Positions 17,638 through 28,160 of a DNA stretch of 64,000 bases are shown piece by piece. The notes beneath the pieces were generated by a model. That model made no database searches. It was given only the letters and a program-made list of their open reading frames with translations, and was not told where the DNA came from. The DNA is from an uncultured Gemmatimonadales bacterium. GTDB taxonomy: Bacteria > Gemmatimonadota > Gemmatimonadetes > Longimicrobiales > RSA9. Position 1 is the stretch's first letter; every line of letters starts with the position of its first letter. The translations under genes and the position numbers were made by a program. The stretch covers positions 320,001-384,000 of the forward strand of contig CAWCRS010000008.1 in the NCBI GenBank assembly GCA_963798085.1, written 5' to 3'.

Positions 17638-19852
17638 TCACTTCCTTGGCAGCGCCAGGGCCACGAGCGACGTATTCCCCCCCGCGCCCGTCGCAAACAC
17701 GATGTACTGGCGGCCCTGATGCATGAACGTCATGGGCACCGCGCTCGTCTTGGACGGAATCTCCACCGCGCCCACCTGCTTGCCCGTAGCCTTGTCCACC
17801 GCGTACAGCGTGGGCGCCGCTCCCGGAGGCCCGCCGCTGCGGCCGGTGCCATAGATCATCAGTGACTTCGTATTGATCACCTGCGGCTGGCCGCGCCCGT
17901 TGAACGAGGGCGGCAGGTCCACGCCCCGGAATAACGGGTCGTTAGACGTCACCTTCTGCAGCTCGCCGCCGTTCGGCATCCACCAGGCCTTGTCGCCGGT
18001 GTTCAGGTTGTACGCGGTGATGCCGCCCAGCTCCTTCGGCTTCACGATGGAGACGCCGCCGATCGTGGTCGGGGCGCGCGCGCCGAAGCCCTCGCCGCGG
18101 CCCCTCGCAGTCGGCTTGTAGCCGGGCGGTGCGGGCAGCGCGCCCAGCAGACCGCAGCTGTCGTGCGGCGACTGGCTGTAGCGATGCTCGGAGCACGGGT
18201 CCTTCGCCACCTCGATCGTGTTGAGGCCGGACTGCGCGCCCACGAACAGGTAGCCCAGGTCGGGGTCCGCGGCCGCGCCGCCATCGATGTTCACACCGCC
18301 GCTCGCGCCGGGTGCGTACCACGAGCACGTGAGGCCGGTCGGAGAGCTGCCGTCGGCCACGACTGCAGGGATGTAGTAGGGGCCCATGCGACAGTACTTC
18401 GCCACCTTGAGCGCGGAATCGCGGATGGCCGGCGTGTAGTCGATCAGGTCGGACTCGATCAGGCCCTGCTGCGCATACGGTGCCGGCTTGCTCGGGATGG
18501 GCTGCGTGGGCGACGTCTTCTCACCCGGCACATCGCTCTGCAGCACCGGCGTCTCGGGAATCGGCCAGATGGGCTCGCCGGTCACGCGGTCCAGCACGTA
18601 CACAAAACCCTGCTTGGTGGTCTGCGCGATGATGCGCCGGCGCTGCCCGTTCACCGTCACGTCGAGCAGGTTGGGCGCCATGGGTGCGTCGTAATCCCAG
18701 AATGTCGTGGTGCACCATCTGGTAGTGCCACTTGCGCTGCCCGGTCTTCACATCAATGGCGACAATGCTGTTCCCAAACAGGTTGTTACCCGGACGGTGG
18801 CCGCCGTACTCGTCGGAGAGCGGCATGCCCACGGGAATGTAGACCAGGCCAAGGTCCGGGTCGGCGGTGTAGGGCGCCCAGGCGTCGTTCTTGCCCACGC
18901 CATCGGTGCCCAGCTTCGAGCCGCTCTCCCACGTCTCCGCGCCGAACTCGCCCGGCTGCGGCAGCAGGTCGAAACGCCAGAGCTGTTTGCCCGTGTGCAC
19001 ATTGAAACCGCGGATCCAGCCGGGCAGATTGTGCAGCCGCAGCGGATAGTAGCCGTGCATCGACGAGTTGCCGACAATGATCACGTCATTCACCACGATC
19101 GCCGGCGAGCTGTTGGCGATCTGACCGTTCGCCGGGTCGATGCCCATGGTGCCGTCGGCGCCCGTCTTCGTCACCGGGTCCCACTTCTCGCCCGGTCTCG
19201 CCTTCCGCGCGGGCGCGGCCTCGCTGATGATCAGCGGGCCCGAGTCGTCGACGGCCAGCGGCACCAGCGGGAAGCCCAGCCCCTCCATCAGATCGACGAC
19301 GCCATTGCTGCCGAACTTTGGATCGGGGATGCCGGTCTTTGCATCCAGCGACACCAGGTGATAACCCGGTGTTATGACGACGACACGCTCCTGCTGCCCG
19401 TCCGTCCACCAGGCCAGCCCGCGGCCCGCGAAATGGCGGGGCGCCTTCTGCCAGCGGATGCCCTCATCCATGCGCCACATCCAGAGCGTCTCGCCCGTAG
19501 CCGGATCAATCGCGACCGGAATGCGACGGGTAGTGGCCACGGTGAACAACCGGCCGTTGGCATAGAGCGGAGTCGTCCGATAGTACTCGTCGCTGCCGAA
19601 CGCGCCCGCGTTCCACTGCCACGCCACCTCCAGCGAGTTGAAGTTGGAGGCGTTGATCTGATCCAGCGGCGAGTAGCGCGTGCTCCAGGCGTCGGCGCCC
19701 CAGAAACGCCACTCGCCCGGCTTGTTGCCACGCACCAGGGCGTTCGCCTGCGCCTGCGAGCGCAGGGCGAGGCCGAAGATCGTGCCCAGCAGGGTGAGGC
19801 CCGCCAGGACGATGGCGGCGATGCGTCGCCTCGCCTGCACACGCTGCGTCAT
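17638..19852 (-). CDS. PQQ-dependent (quinoprotein glucose dehydrogenase-like) dehydrogenase; +1 frameshift at ~18701
   Basis: STRYSPLDQINASN, TTPLYANG, GRGLAWW, WHYQMVHHDI|WDYDAPMAPNL, TKQGFVYVLDRVTGEPIWP, PMTFMHQGRQYIV. Confidence 0.9.
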
Positions 19853-20046
19853 GGTCACTCTCCTGTCCGGGAATGCGCGGCTGAGCCAGCAGCATGCGCG
19901 CCCGACCGGCAATTGTCCAGAGGCCGGGCAACTCGTGGCGCAGCGCGGCACCGGCTCGCCCCATCCCGCCATTCCATTGCCGGCCCGAGCACAGAGATTG
20001 GACCGCACGGCCGCATTGACGCCGCCCTTGCGCGGGCCCGGTCCCG

Positions 20047-20067
20047 TCGATATCATATCGATATCGA
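20047..20067. promoter_or_regulatory. perfect 8-bp inverted repeat, putative TA autorepression operator
   Basis: tcgatatc-atatc-gatatcga immediately before the antitoxin RBS (GAGGAGG). Confidence 0.65.
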
Positions 20068-20077
20068 GGAGGCGGCC

Positions 20078-20323
20078 ATGGCACAGATCATCATCCGCAA
20101 CATTCCCGAGGATGCGATGGACGTGATCAAGACGCGGGCACGGCGGAAGGGCATTCCCACGGAGCAGGAGATTCGTCAGATGATTGTGGAGTCGGCGCGC
20201 CGGACGGACAGCTGGGATGGCTGGATGAAACAGAGCACGCGGCTGCGCAACCGGCTGGCGGCGGGCGAGCGCAACTTCACGGACTCGACGGACGCCGTCC
20301 GTGAGGATCGTGAAAGCCGCTGA
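20078..20323 (+). CDS. FitA-like ribbon-helix-helix antitoxin
   Basis: MAQIIIRNIPEDAMDVIKTRARRKGIPTEQEIRQMI...DSTDAVREDR; strong RBS; overlaps PIN gene. Confidence 0.85.
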   Translation: MAQIIIRNIPEDAMDVIKTRARRKGIPTEQEIRQMIVESARRTDSWDGWMKQSTRLRNRLAAGERNFTDSTDAVREDRESR

Positions 20324-20765
20324 GGCGCCGCCCGCGGCCTGGGTTGTGGACGCGAGCGTGGCGCTCAAATGGGTGCGGCCGGAGCCCGGCTCGGAGGCGG
20401 CGCTCGCGTTCCTGAAACGGGTGCGCGCGCAGGATGCGGAGCTGTTCGCGCCGGACCTCTGGTGCATTGAGCTGGCCAGTGCTCTCTGGAAGAAGGCGAC
20501 GCTTCGGGGTCGGGATACGACGCCCGCCGAAGCGATGGAGTGTCTGCACCATCTTCTCGCCGCGCCCGTCGTCCGGGAGCCGCTGGGCAGGCTTGCGGAG
20601 CGCGCGCTCGACATCGCGCTCGAGCTGGGCGTCACCGCATACGACGCGTCCTATCTGGCTCTCGCCGAGTTCCTCGATGCGCCCGTGGTCACGTTCGATC
20701 GTCAGCTGGCGCAGCGAGTGAGCGGGAGCCGGCTGGAGGGCCGGATGGTGCTGTTAGCGGCTTGA
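20310..20765 (+). CDS. vapC: VapC/FitB PIN-domain toxin
   Basis: VVDASVALKW, APDLW..E, TAYDASYLALAE, VVTFD acidic PIN motifs. Confidence 0.9.
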   Translation: MKAAEAPPAAWVVDASVALKWVRPEPGSEAALAFLKRVRAQDAELFAPDLWCIELASALWKKATLRGRDTTPAEAMECLHHLLAAPVVREPLGRLAERALDIALELGVTAYDASYLALAEFLDAPVVTFDRQLAQRVSGSRLEGRMVLLAA

Positions 20766-20913
20766 CCAGGATTCGCGCGTGATCTTGTCGCCCGGCAATC
20801 GCGCGAGCTCGGCGTGGCCGCACGGTCTGCGCGCTCCACGACCTGGCGAGCAGCTGGGGTTTGCGGCTTGCGAGCCTGTCGATCGTGGCGCCACTGCGGT
20901 CCGCCGAACGCGT

Positions 20914-21396
20914 TCAGCTCTGGCGGGTGCGCGGGCGGAAAAGCCGGGCATCGAGTGACAACGGCCCGGCGCCCACCGCGATCAGAAACAGGCAGCCCAA
21001 CAGCATCGACCAGTCGGCGCGCGCCTCGTGTGCCATGCTCCAGAATCCATAGCGATCGAGCTTGCCGAGACGAAACGGGCCGAGATCGTGGCCCAGCAGA
21101 ATGGGCAGCTTGGTGCTGAGGATCGCGACGGAAATGTTGATGGCGAGGAGCAGTGCTGCCGGGCGGGTGAGCAGCCCGAGCAGCAGCAGCAGGCCGCCTG
21201 CGGTTTCGACCGCACCCACGAACGGCCCCATGATCTGTGGTGCAGGGATGCCGATTCTCGCGAAGCGGCCCGCGGCAAGCGCAGCCGGGAAAAGAAACTT
21301 CTGGATGCCTTCGGAGAGGAACACGGCGCCGACGAGCAGACGGATGAGGAGCGTTGCCGCCGGCGCATGCGTATCGAGCAGATTGCGGTTGTTCAT
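20914..21396 (-). CDS. DoxX family membrane protein
   Basis: LIRLLVGAVFLSEGIQKF...VE..GGLLLLLGLLTRPAA...GAGPLSLD. Confidence 0.9.
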   Translation of the reverse strand: MNNRNLLDTHAPAATLLIRLLVGAVFLSEGIQKFLFPAALAAGRFARIGIPAPQIMGPFVGAVETAGGLLLLLGLLTRPAALLLAINISVAILSTKLPILLGHDLGPFRLGKLDRYGFWSMAHEARADWSMLLGCLFLIAVGAGPLSLDARLFRPRTRQS

Positions 21397-21452
21397 GGGA
21401 TCCTCGGACGAACGAGTCACCGGTTACTTGAGGCGTGCAGCAGTGTCCAGCA

Positions 21453-21790
21453 TCAGGAGCCCGCCTGGCCGCGTCCGGCCACAGCCATATAGAGGCCGAG
21501 CGCGATGAGCAGTATGGCAATGACCCGCCGGAACGCTGACTGCGGCAGCTTCCCGAGTACGCGTGTGCCGGCGGCGGTGCCGATCATCACCGCGGCCGAC
21601 GCGGTGACCACGAGCGGCCAGATGCCTGCAATACCACCACCGTACCGAACACGAGCGTGAGCGCGGGGCTCGACACCCGGACGTGAACCAGTGCGCCCAT
21701 GAGCCCGCCGGCGGCGCTGGCAATGCCGAACCCCAGCAGCACGCGGCGGTCGACATGACGGCGCAGCATCCAGTAGCGCTGCGCGGTGCC
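21453..21790 (-). pseudogene. TauE/SafE (TSUP) sulfite exporter remnant, 5'-truncated with internal deletion
   Basis: GTAQRYWMLRRHVDRRVLLGFGIASAAGGLMGAL...LTLVFG joined out of frame (~21640) to IWPLVV...GTAAGTRVLGKLPQSAFRRVIAILLIALG. Confidence 0.65.
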
Positions 21791-21825
21791 GTCGCGCAGG
21801 TCGTCGGTTGGGCGTGGGAAGGCAA

Positions 21826-22734
21826 TCACAGGCGGGCACGCACGAAAGCCTGCACGCCCTCGAGCACGGATGCGAGGTCGCCGGGCTCGTAGGGCACGTA
21901 GATGGCGCCGCCCAGGTCGGCGGGCATGCGCGCGCCTTGCTCGCGCACGATCAGCACGCGTTCACCGCCCTTCGCGTGTGTGAAGTAGCCGGCCTCGAGC
22001 AGCACGTTGTCGCGTGGCATGGCTTCCGCCTCGGCCGATTTCGACTGCAGCAGATCATCGCGCGTGAACAGGAGGACCGCCGCGCTGCAGCGGCTTGCGG
22101 CATCCGTGATCTCGGCCATGATGGTGCCGCCCTTGCGGAAGTCGCGACGCCAGTCGAGCACCGTCACGCCGCCACCCTCGAGTTCGCTCAGGATGCGGTC
22201 GGCCAGCTCGCCCGCGCGACTGCTGTAGCCGAGGAACAGATCGCAGCGGGCGCGCAAGCGCGCGTGCCATCCGGCGAGGAACGCCTGGAAGTCGGTCGTC
22301 TGCACGAGAGCGGCGGTGGCATCCGCGGGCAGCTCGAACACCGCGTTACCGGCGCGCGCATCGAAGGCGCCGCGCTGCGCACAACCGGTTTCGATGAGGG
22401 CGAGGACGGGCAGATCGAGCATGCCGGCGAGCGCCGCCTCGTAGTGGCAGTATTCGGTCACGAGCCCGCGCTCGCCCGACTCGTCCCGGATTCTCCAGTA
22501 GGGGAAACCCAGCAGCACCGCGCCCACACAGCGGCGCATGGCCGCCATCGCCGCCGCCGCTGTCCACGGACTCGCTGCGGCCAGGCCGGATCCTCCGGCG
22601 GGGGTGCCGAACGCCGTGCACTCGTAGCCCAGGTCGCGGATCGCATTCAGAATGGAGGCGCGCAGCGCACGCGTGCGCGCGTCCAGATAGCGCTCACGCG
22701 GACCACTGACGAAGATGCGTCGCACAACCGCCAT
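21826..22734 (-). CDS. tandem TIR-like domain protein (N-terminal TIR/DUF4062-like + C-terminal CAP12/Pycsar-type TIR)
   Basis: N: RIFVSG...AMRRCVGAVLLG...TEYCHYEAALA..LDLPVL; C: DLFLGYS...VLDW..F..GGTI...AAVLLFTRDD...PRDNVLLEAGYF...MPADLGG. Confidence 0.8.
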   Translation of the reverse strand: MAVVRRIFVSGPRERYLDARTRALRASILNAIRDLGYECTAFGTPAGGSGLAAASPWTAAAAMAAMRRCVGAVLLGFPYWRIRDESGERGLVTEYCHYEAALAGMLDLPVLALIETGCAQRGAFDARAGNAVFELPADATAALVQTTDFQAFLAGWHARLRARCDLFLGYSSRAGELADRILSELEGGGVTVLDWRRDFRKGGTIMAEITDAASRCSAAVLLFTRDDLLQSKSAEAEAMPRDNVLLEAGYFTHAKGGERVLIVREQGARMPADLGGAIYVPYEPGDLASVLEGVQAFVRARL

Positions 22735-22740
22735 GGCCGG

Positions 22741-23184
22741 CTACCTCTGCTGGATGCGTGGTCCGCCGGGCGTTGCGCTCGTGGTGTCGAAACGGATCGC
22801 ATCCAGGCTCGCGGAATCCGCCACGAGTTCGCTGTGGCCCGCGGGCATGCGGTTCACCTTGAGCAGGAACGCCAGCAACTGCACATACTCGTTCTTCGAG
22901 AGTGCGCCCGGATCGTTCTTCGGCATGTTCGTGCTGATGTAGCGGAACAGCGCCCAGAGCGATTTGCCGCCCCAGTTCGCGTTGAAGGCGGGGCCCGTGT
23001 GCGTGGTGGTCGCATGACAGCTCTGGCACATGCCGGCGAACACGTCCTGCCCGCGCAGTGCCTGCTCTCTGGTGTACACGCCCGCACGCGAGGAACGCGC
23101 CTGCGCGGATTGCGCGCGGGCAGCGCCTGCGCGCACGGCTAGCGCGCACAGCAGGATGAGGATCGTGGGGAGCGCGCGGGGCAT
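22741..23184 (-). CDS. periplasmic c-type cytochrome
   Basis: Signal peptide; GVYTREQALRG, CQSCH haem motif, distal MP. Confidence 0.9.
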   Translation of the reverse strand: MPRALPTILILLCALAVRAGAARAQSAQARSSRAGVYTREQALRGQDVFAGMCQSCHATTTHTGPAFNANWGGKSLWALFRYISTNMPKNDPGALSKNEYVQLLAFLLKVNRMPAGHSELVADSASLDAIRFDTTSATPGGPRIQQR

Positions 23185-23188
23185 GGGT

Positions 23189-24841
23189 TCAGGCGCGGTC
23201 CGGTTCAGGTCGCGGCGCGCCGGCGGCCGCGTCGCTGGCAGGCGGGGAACGGCGGTCAGGCGACGACGCCAGTCGGCCGAACACGCCGGACAGCAGCCAC
23301 ACGACGCCCGCCGCGATCAGGAGCAGCAGCAGCACGCGCAGCAGCGCCAGCAGCAGCGTCGCATCCAGCGCGGGCCATTCGAACCTGAACTGACGCAGCG
23401 CATTGCCGCGGTCCAGCAGCCAGTGCCACGCGGTGTGGGCAATGAGCGCGGAGAGCAGGATCGTGCCCACGCGCTCCTCCATGACGCGGCGGAAAAGCCA
23501 GTCCAGCACGGGAATGGCGAGTGCCAGGACGAACAGCTGCCCCAGCTCGACGCCCACGTTGAATGCGAACAGCGATGTCAGCACGTGCGTGCCCGCGAAC
23601 TGGAGCGACTCGCGCAGGGCGAACGAGAAGCCGAAGCCGTGCACCAGGCCGAAGCCGAACGCGATCATCGAGCGTCGCCGGGCCGCGCGCGCGTCGCCCG
23701 CCGCGCGGGCTGCGTGCGCTGCGTCCGGCGCAGCGCGTGGCGCTGCCATCGCGGAAGCCGGACGGCGGCGCGGGGTCTCGAGCGTGCGGGCGCTGCTCGC
23801 GCTGCGGGCGGCGCCGGGGTTCGCAGCCGGTTCGCCGGGGCTGGCGGCCCGCACGATGTTCTCGAACGCCATGTACACGATCGATGCCGCAATGAGCGTC
23901 TCGATCAGTGGTGGAAACCAGAGCGGATCGGGAGCGAAGCCGGCGGCGGACGCGATGAGTGTGATGGAGTGCGCGACCGTGAACGCGGTGACAATGGGCA
24001 GCAGGGTGCGGAAGCGGCGGAACGGGATGACCAGGCAGAGCACGAAGAGCAGGTGATCGATGCCGCTCAGGATGTGGCGGAAGCCGAGGTCGATGAAGCG
24101 CAGCACGGCCTGGTGCCAGCGCGGATCGAGCCGCACCAGGCCGGGGTTGCCGACGTACGCGACCACGCGGTCCGGGTGGCCGGGCGCCAGGAAGTGCAAC
24201 ACGGTGTTGGTGCGCAGCCCCAGGTGCGCGAGCAGCGGGCGGATGGAGAAGCGCGAGCTGGCCGACGCGATCGGGTACTCGAACAGCACGTCGATCAGTG
24301 CCTGGTTCCAGACCAGCTCGGTGCCCGCGGCCAGCGGCGGGCCGGTCACGTGGGCGAGCGCGTCGTCCCAGTCGCCGAAGGAGCGGTCGGAGGGAAGCGA
24401 CACGCGCGCCGTCACGATCTGCTCGTGCTCCAGGCGCACGTCGCCTTCGTAGAGCTCGAGATAGTTGGCGATCCAGAGCTGCGCGGCATTGCGGACGAGC
24501 CTGTCCAGCGGATCCGGATCCAGGTCGAGATAGCCGGGGCCGTGCAGCGGCCATTCGACATCGCGCATGGCCTCGAGCGGAACGCGCACGAGCACGCGCA
24601 GCGTCTGTCCTTCCGGCTTCACGAACGCGAACACGGCCACGCGCGCCGGGATCTCGTGGCGCCGCGCCACCGTGGCGGGGAGGCTGCGCGGGCGCGCGGC
24701 GACTGCCCGGAGGAGCGGATGCGCGACCACCGCTGGCGCAGCGCGGCCGACCGGTGGTGCCCCCACGCCCGCCCGCGACGCGCCAGTCGTGTGCGGGAAC
24801 GCCCGTGCCGGCGCAACGCGCAGCAACGAAAGGCCAGCCAT
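23189..24841 (-). CDS. HupE/UreJ family membrane protein with large N-terminal extracytoplasmic domain (start uncertain)
   Basis: HEIPARV...; GFRHILSGIDHLLF, FTVAHSITL, FGLVHGFGF, FNVGVELGQ, HTAWHW. Confidence 0.85.
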   Translation of the reverse strand: MAGLSLLRVAPARAFPHTTGASRAGVGAPPVGRAAPAVVAHPLLRAVAARPRSLPATVARRHEIPARVAVFAFVKPEGQTLRVLVRVPLEAMRDVEWPLHGPGYLDLDPDPLDRLVRNAAQLWIANYLELYEGDVRLEHEQIVTARVSLPSDRSFGDWDDALAHVTGPPLAAGTELVWNQALIDVLFEYPIASASSRFSIRPLLAHLGLRTNTVLHFLAPGHPDRVVAYVGNPGLVRLDPRWHQAVLRFIDLGFRHILSGIDHLLFVLCLVIPFRRFRTLLPIVTAFTVAHSITLIASAAGFAPDPLWFPPLIETLIAASIVYMAFENIVRAASPGEPAANPGAARSASSARTLETPRRRPASAMAAPRAAPDAAHAARAAGDARAARRRSMIAFGFGLVHGFGFSFALRESLQFAGTHVLTSLFAFNVGVELGQLFVLALAIPVLDWLFRRVMEERVGTILLSALIAHTAWHWLLDRGNALRQFRFEWPALDATLLLALLRVLLLLLIAAGVVWLLSGVFGRLASSPDRRSPPASDAAAGAPRPEPDRA

Positions 24842-25168
24842 CGCGGTGAGCACGATGGCACGCCGGAAAGTGGACCCGTATCGTCGCCTGCCATCCGCTG
24901 CGCCGGACGGTGCGGCAGCGCAGGCGGCTCCTCTGCACGCGGGCGCCGTGCCTGCGACACCCTGCGAGGCCGCGCCGGTCCGCCCGCCGGCCGGTCTGCT
25001 CAGAGGATCGCACGCGTACGTGTGCGCGCGAGCGGGGGCTTCGGCTCTGGACGGATTCGAGACGCGGGGCATAGAATGACCGGGTCGCATACCGGCACGA
25101 GTATACGACATCCTCCCGCACCGGGCACAGGCATTCGACCGGGCAAAGCACTCAACCAGGAGCGGTCC

Positions 25169-26343
25169 ATGAAGCGCCGGCGCACACTCATTCTGGCGGG
25201 ATTGCTGGTGGCGGCCATCGGCGGTCTGGCTCTGGGCCAGGCGAGGCTGCAGGCGGCGGTGGAGCAGGAGGTGGAGGCGCCGGTGTTCGAGGTGGATCCA
25301 CTGTGGCCGAAACCACTGCCCAACCACTGGCTCCTGGGTCAGACGATTGGCGTGGGCATCGATTCACGCGATCACGTGTTCATCATCCACCGCGAACGAC
25401 ACGTTCAACGAGCGCACCGAGACCGGCTCGGCGACGAACCCGCCCACGGGCGAGTGCTGCAACCCGGCGCCGCCGGTTCTCGAGTTCGATCCGGATGGCA
25501 ATCTGGTCAACTCGTGGGGCGGGAAGGGCGACGGCTACACGTGGCCGGCCTCGAATCACGGCATCACGATCGACAACAAGGACAACGTGTGGATCGGCGG
25601 CAACGGGCAGGGCGACTCGCACATCCTGAAGTTCACGCACGACGGCAAGTTCCTGCTGCAGATCGGCATTCCCGGCCAGGACCCCAACAGCAACGCCATG
25701 GATCACTTCGGGCGGGTGGCCAAGATCGCGTTCGACTACAGTGCTAACGAGGCGTTTATGGCGGACGGCTACGGCAACAAGCGCGTCGCCGTGATCGACA
25801 TGGACAACGGCAGGATCAAGCGCTACTGGGGCGCCTACGGCCACAAGCCCGATGACGCCAACCCGGGCCGTTACACCCCAGACGCGCCGCCGGCACAGCA
25901 GTTCCGCAATCCCGTGCACTGCGCCATGCCCTCCAGCGACGGGTTACTGTACGTCTGCGACCGTCCCAACGACCGCATCCAGGTGTTCCGCAAGGACGGC
26001 ACGTTCGTGAAGGAGAAGATCATCGCGCCGCAGACGCTGGGCGATGGCTCGGTGTGGGACATCGCGTTCTCGCGCGATGCCGCGCAGAAGTACATCTATC
26101 TGGCCGACGGCAAGAACGAACGCATCTACGTGATCGATCGTGCCTCGCTGGAGATCCTCACGCAGTTCGGCGATGGTGGGCGGCAGCCCGGCGCGTTCTT
26201 CGCCGTGCACACCATCGCCACGGATTCGAAGGGCAATATCTACACGACCGAGACGTACGAGGGGAAGAGGGTGCAGAAGTTCGTCTATCAGGGGGATGGG
26301 GAGAGTGAAGAAGGTGCAGGGGGTAGTATGGCCGAAGCGCTGA
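25169..26343 (+). CDS. secreted NHL-repeat beta-propeller (peptidyl-alpha-hydroxyglycine lyase-like); frameshifts ~25394 and ~26293
   Basis: FEVDPLWPKPLPNHW, HGITID, ADGYGNKRV, VCDRPNDRIQVF, HTIATDSKGNIY. Confidence 0.85.
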
Positions 26344-26682
26344 TTCTTGCGGGGGGAGGGCCCCGATCACGCGATGCAGGATGGCGCGGGCGGAGTCGAT
26401 ATCCGATTCGGTGAACAGATTGCGATCGACGAAGCTGTCGAGAACGGCGGCAGCTTCTGTTCCGGATCGCCGGGCAATGCGATAGAAGCGCGCTTTCTCC
26501 CCGGGCTTGAACTCACCCGCGCCTTCGGCTGCATTGAGCGTGACCGAAAGCAATGCGCGGCGAACCTGATCGAAGTTTTCGGCGTAGCCGCGCGGAACAC
26601 GTATCAGCAGATGCTCCACCTCGCGCATGAACGCCCGCGCCAGGTTGTACGCCGCCACCCTTCCCCCACGAACTCTCTCCAT
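26158..26682 (-). CDS. four-helix bundle protein (23S rRNA IVS protein / Avd-like); homology ends ~26350
   Basis: AYNLA...DQVRRALLSVTLNAAEGAG...KARFYRIARRSGTE; the 3' extension overlaps the NHL gene and is probably non-native. Confidence 0.8.
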   Translation of the reverse strand: MERVRGGRVAAYNLARAFMREVEHLLIRVPRGYAENFDQVRRALLSVTLNAAEGAGEFKPGEKARFYRIARRSGTEAAAVLDSFVDRNLFTESDIDSARAILHRVIGALPPQESALRPYYPLHLLHSPHPPDRRTSAPSSPRTSRSCRYCPSNPWRWCARRRTRRAAAHHRRTA

Positions 26683-26738
26683 CACCGTCCCCCAGGAACA
26701 CCCTCCCGTAACCGGCGCTCTACCGCTAGCATTGCGCG

Positions 26739-28016
26739 ATGTCTGATTCCCGGCCTGCCGACCCACCGGTAACAGCAGCAGCCCTGGACCGCGCGCCGGC
26801 AGCCAGACGCGCGGACCCGTACGCTGCCCTTCGTTTCCCCGATTTCCGCCGCTTCCTCGCAGGCCATTTCCTCGCGAGTCTGGGCACGCAGATGCAGACG
26901 ACGGCCATTGGCTGGTATCTGTACGAGCGGACGGATTCGGCGCTGGCGCTGGGTGGGGTCGGGCTGGCGCAGGTGCTGCCGATCTTTCTGCTGACGCTGC
27001 CGGCGGGTCATCTGGCGGACCGGTTCGACCGGCGCCGCCTGCTGCTCGGGACGCTGAGCCTTTCGGCGGCCGTGTCGATCGGGCTGGCCATCGTCTCGCA
27101 GGTCCACGGCGCGGTGCCGCTGGTGTATGCGCTGCTGCTGCTGAACGGCATTGCGCGCGCGCTCACGGCGCCGGCGCGCGATGCACTGGGGCCGCAGCTG
27201 CTGCCGCTCGAGCTGCTGGGCAACGGCGCGACGTGGCGCAGCAGCTCGTTCCAGCTGGCGGCCGTGCTTGGACCCGCAGGAGGCGGCCTGCTGATCGGCT
27301 GGACGCGGAGCGCGACGCCGGCGTTCATCGTGGCGGCAACGGCGCTGTTCGCGTTCGCGGTGCTGCTCGTTCCGGTGAAGCCGCGCGCGTACCGATCGAC
27401 CGGTCGCGGGCCCGTGCTGGAGACGGTGATGGGTGGGGTGAGTTTCCTGCGCGCGACACCGATTCTGCTGGCGACGATTACGCTCGACCTGTTCGCTGTG
27501 CTGCTGGGCGGGGCGACGACGTTGATGCCGATCTTCGCGAAGGACATTCTGCACGTCGGTCCGCGCGGGCTGGGCTGGATGCTCGCGGCGCCATCGCTGG
27601 GCGCGATCATTGCCGCGGTGCCCATGGCGAGGCGGCCGCCGGAACGGGCGGGGATCGCAATGCTCTGGGCGGTTGCCGGCTTCGGTGCAGCGACGATCGG
27701 ATTCGGCCTGTCGCGCTCGTTCGCGCTCTCCATCGCCATGCTCGCATTCGTGGGCGGGTTCGACATGGTCAGCGTCATCATCCGCAGCACCCTCGTGCAG
27801 GTGCTCACACCGGATGAGCTGCGCGGACGGGTGGCGGCTGTTAATGCGCTGTTTATCGGGACCTCCAACGAGATGGGCGGCTTCGAGTCAGGCGTCACGG
27901 CGGCGCTGCTGGGGCCCGTTGTCGCGGTCGTGGCCGGCGGCATTGCGTCGATCCTCGTCGTGCTCGGTGTGGCGAAAGCGTGGCCGCAGGTGGGAAAGTA
28001 CGGCGCGCTCCACTAG
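26739..28016 (+). CDS. MFS transporter (MFS_3/EntS-like)
   Basis: ~12 TM; GHLADRFDRRR motif A; TPDELRGRV; 425 aa. Confidence 0.92.
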   Translation: MSDSRPADPPVTAAALDRAPAARRADPYAALRFPDFRRFLAGHFLASLGTQMQTTAIGWYLYERTDSALALGGVGLAQVLPIFLLTLPAGHLADRFDRRRLLLGTLSLSAAVSIGLAIVSQVHGAVPLVYALLLLNGIARALTAPARDALGPQLLPLELLGNGATWRSSSFQLAAVLGPAGGGLLIGWTRSATPAFIVAATALFAFAVLLVPVKPRAYRSTGRGPVLETVMGGVSFLRATPILLATITLDLFAVLLGGATTLMPIFAKDILHVGPRGLGWMLAAPSLGAIIAAVPMARRPPERAGIAMLWAVAGFGAATIGFGLSRSFALSIAMLAFVGGFDMVSVIIRSTLVQVLTPDELRGRVAAVNALFIGTSNEMGGFESGVTAALLGPVVAVVAGGIASILVVLGVAKAWPQVGKYGALH

Positions 28017-28160
28017 CGCCCGGTTCCGGCCGCGTCCGGCAAGGCGTGCGGTCACAAATCCCGCCCGCCGGTCCGTCATACCTGCGCAACCAGTCGCCGG
28101 GCTGTACCGGGCACGACCGTCCGGTCACCGACCCGTCGCAGCAACAGAGGAGACGACATC

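Noticed and set aside
26158..26682. Avd-like four-helix bundle as a sign of a diversity-generating retroelement
   Set aside because: No reverse transcriptase or TR/VR repeat pair seen in the window; these genes are commonly solitary
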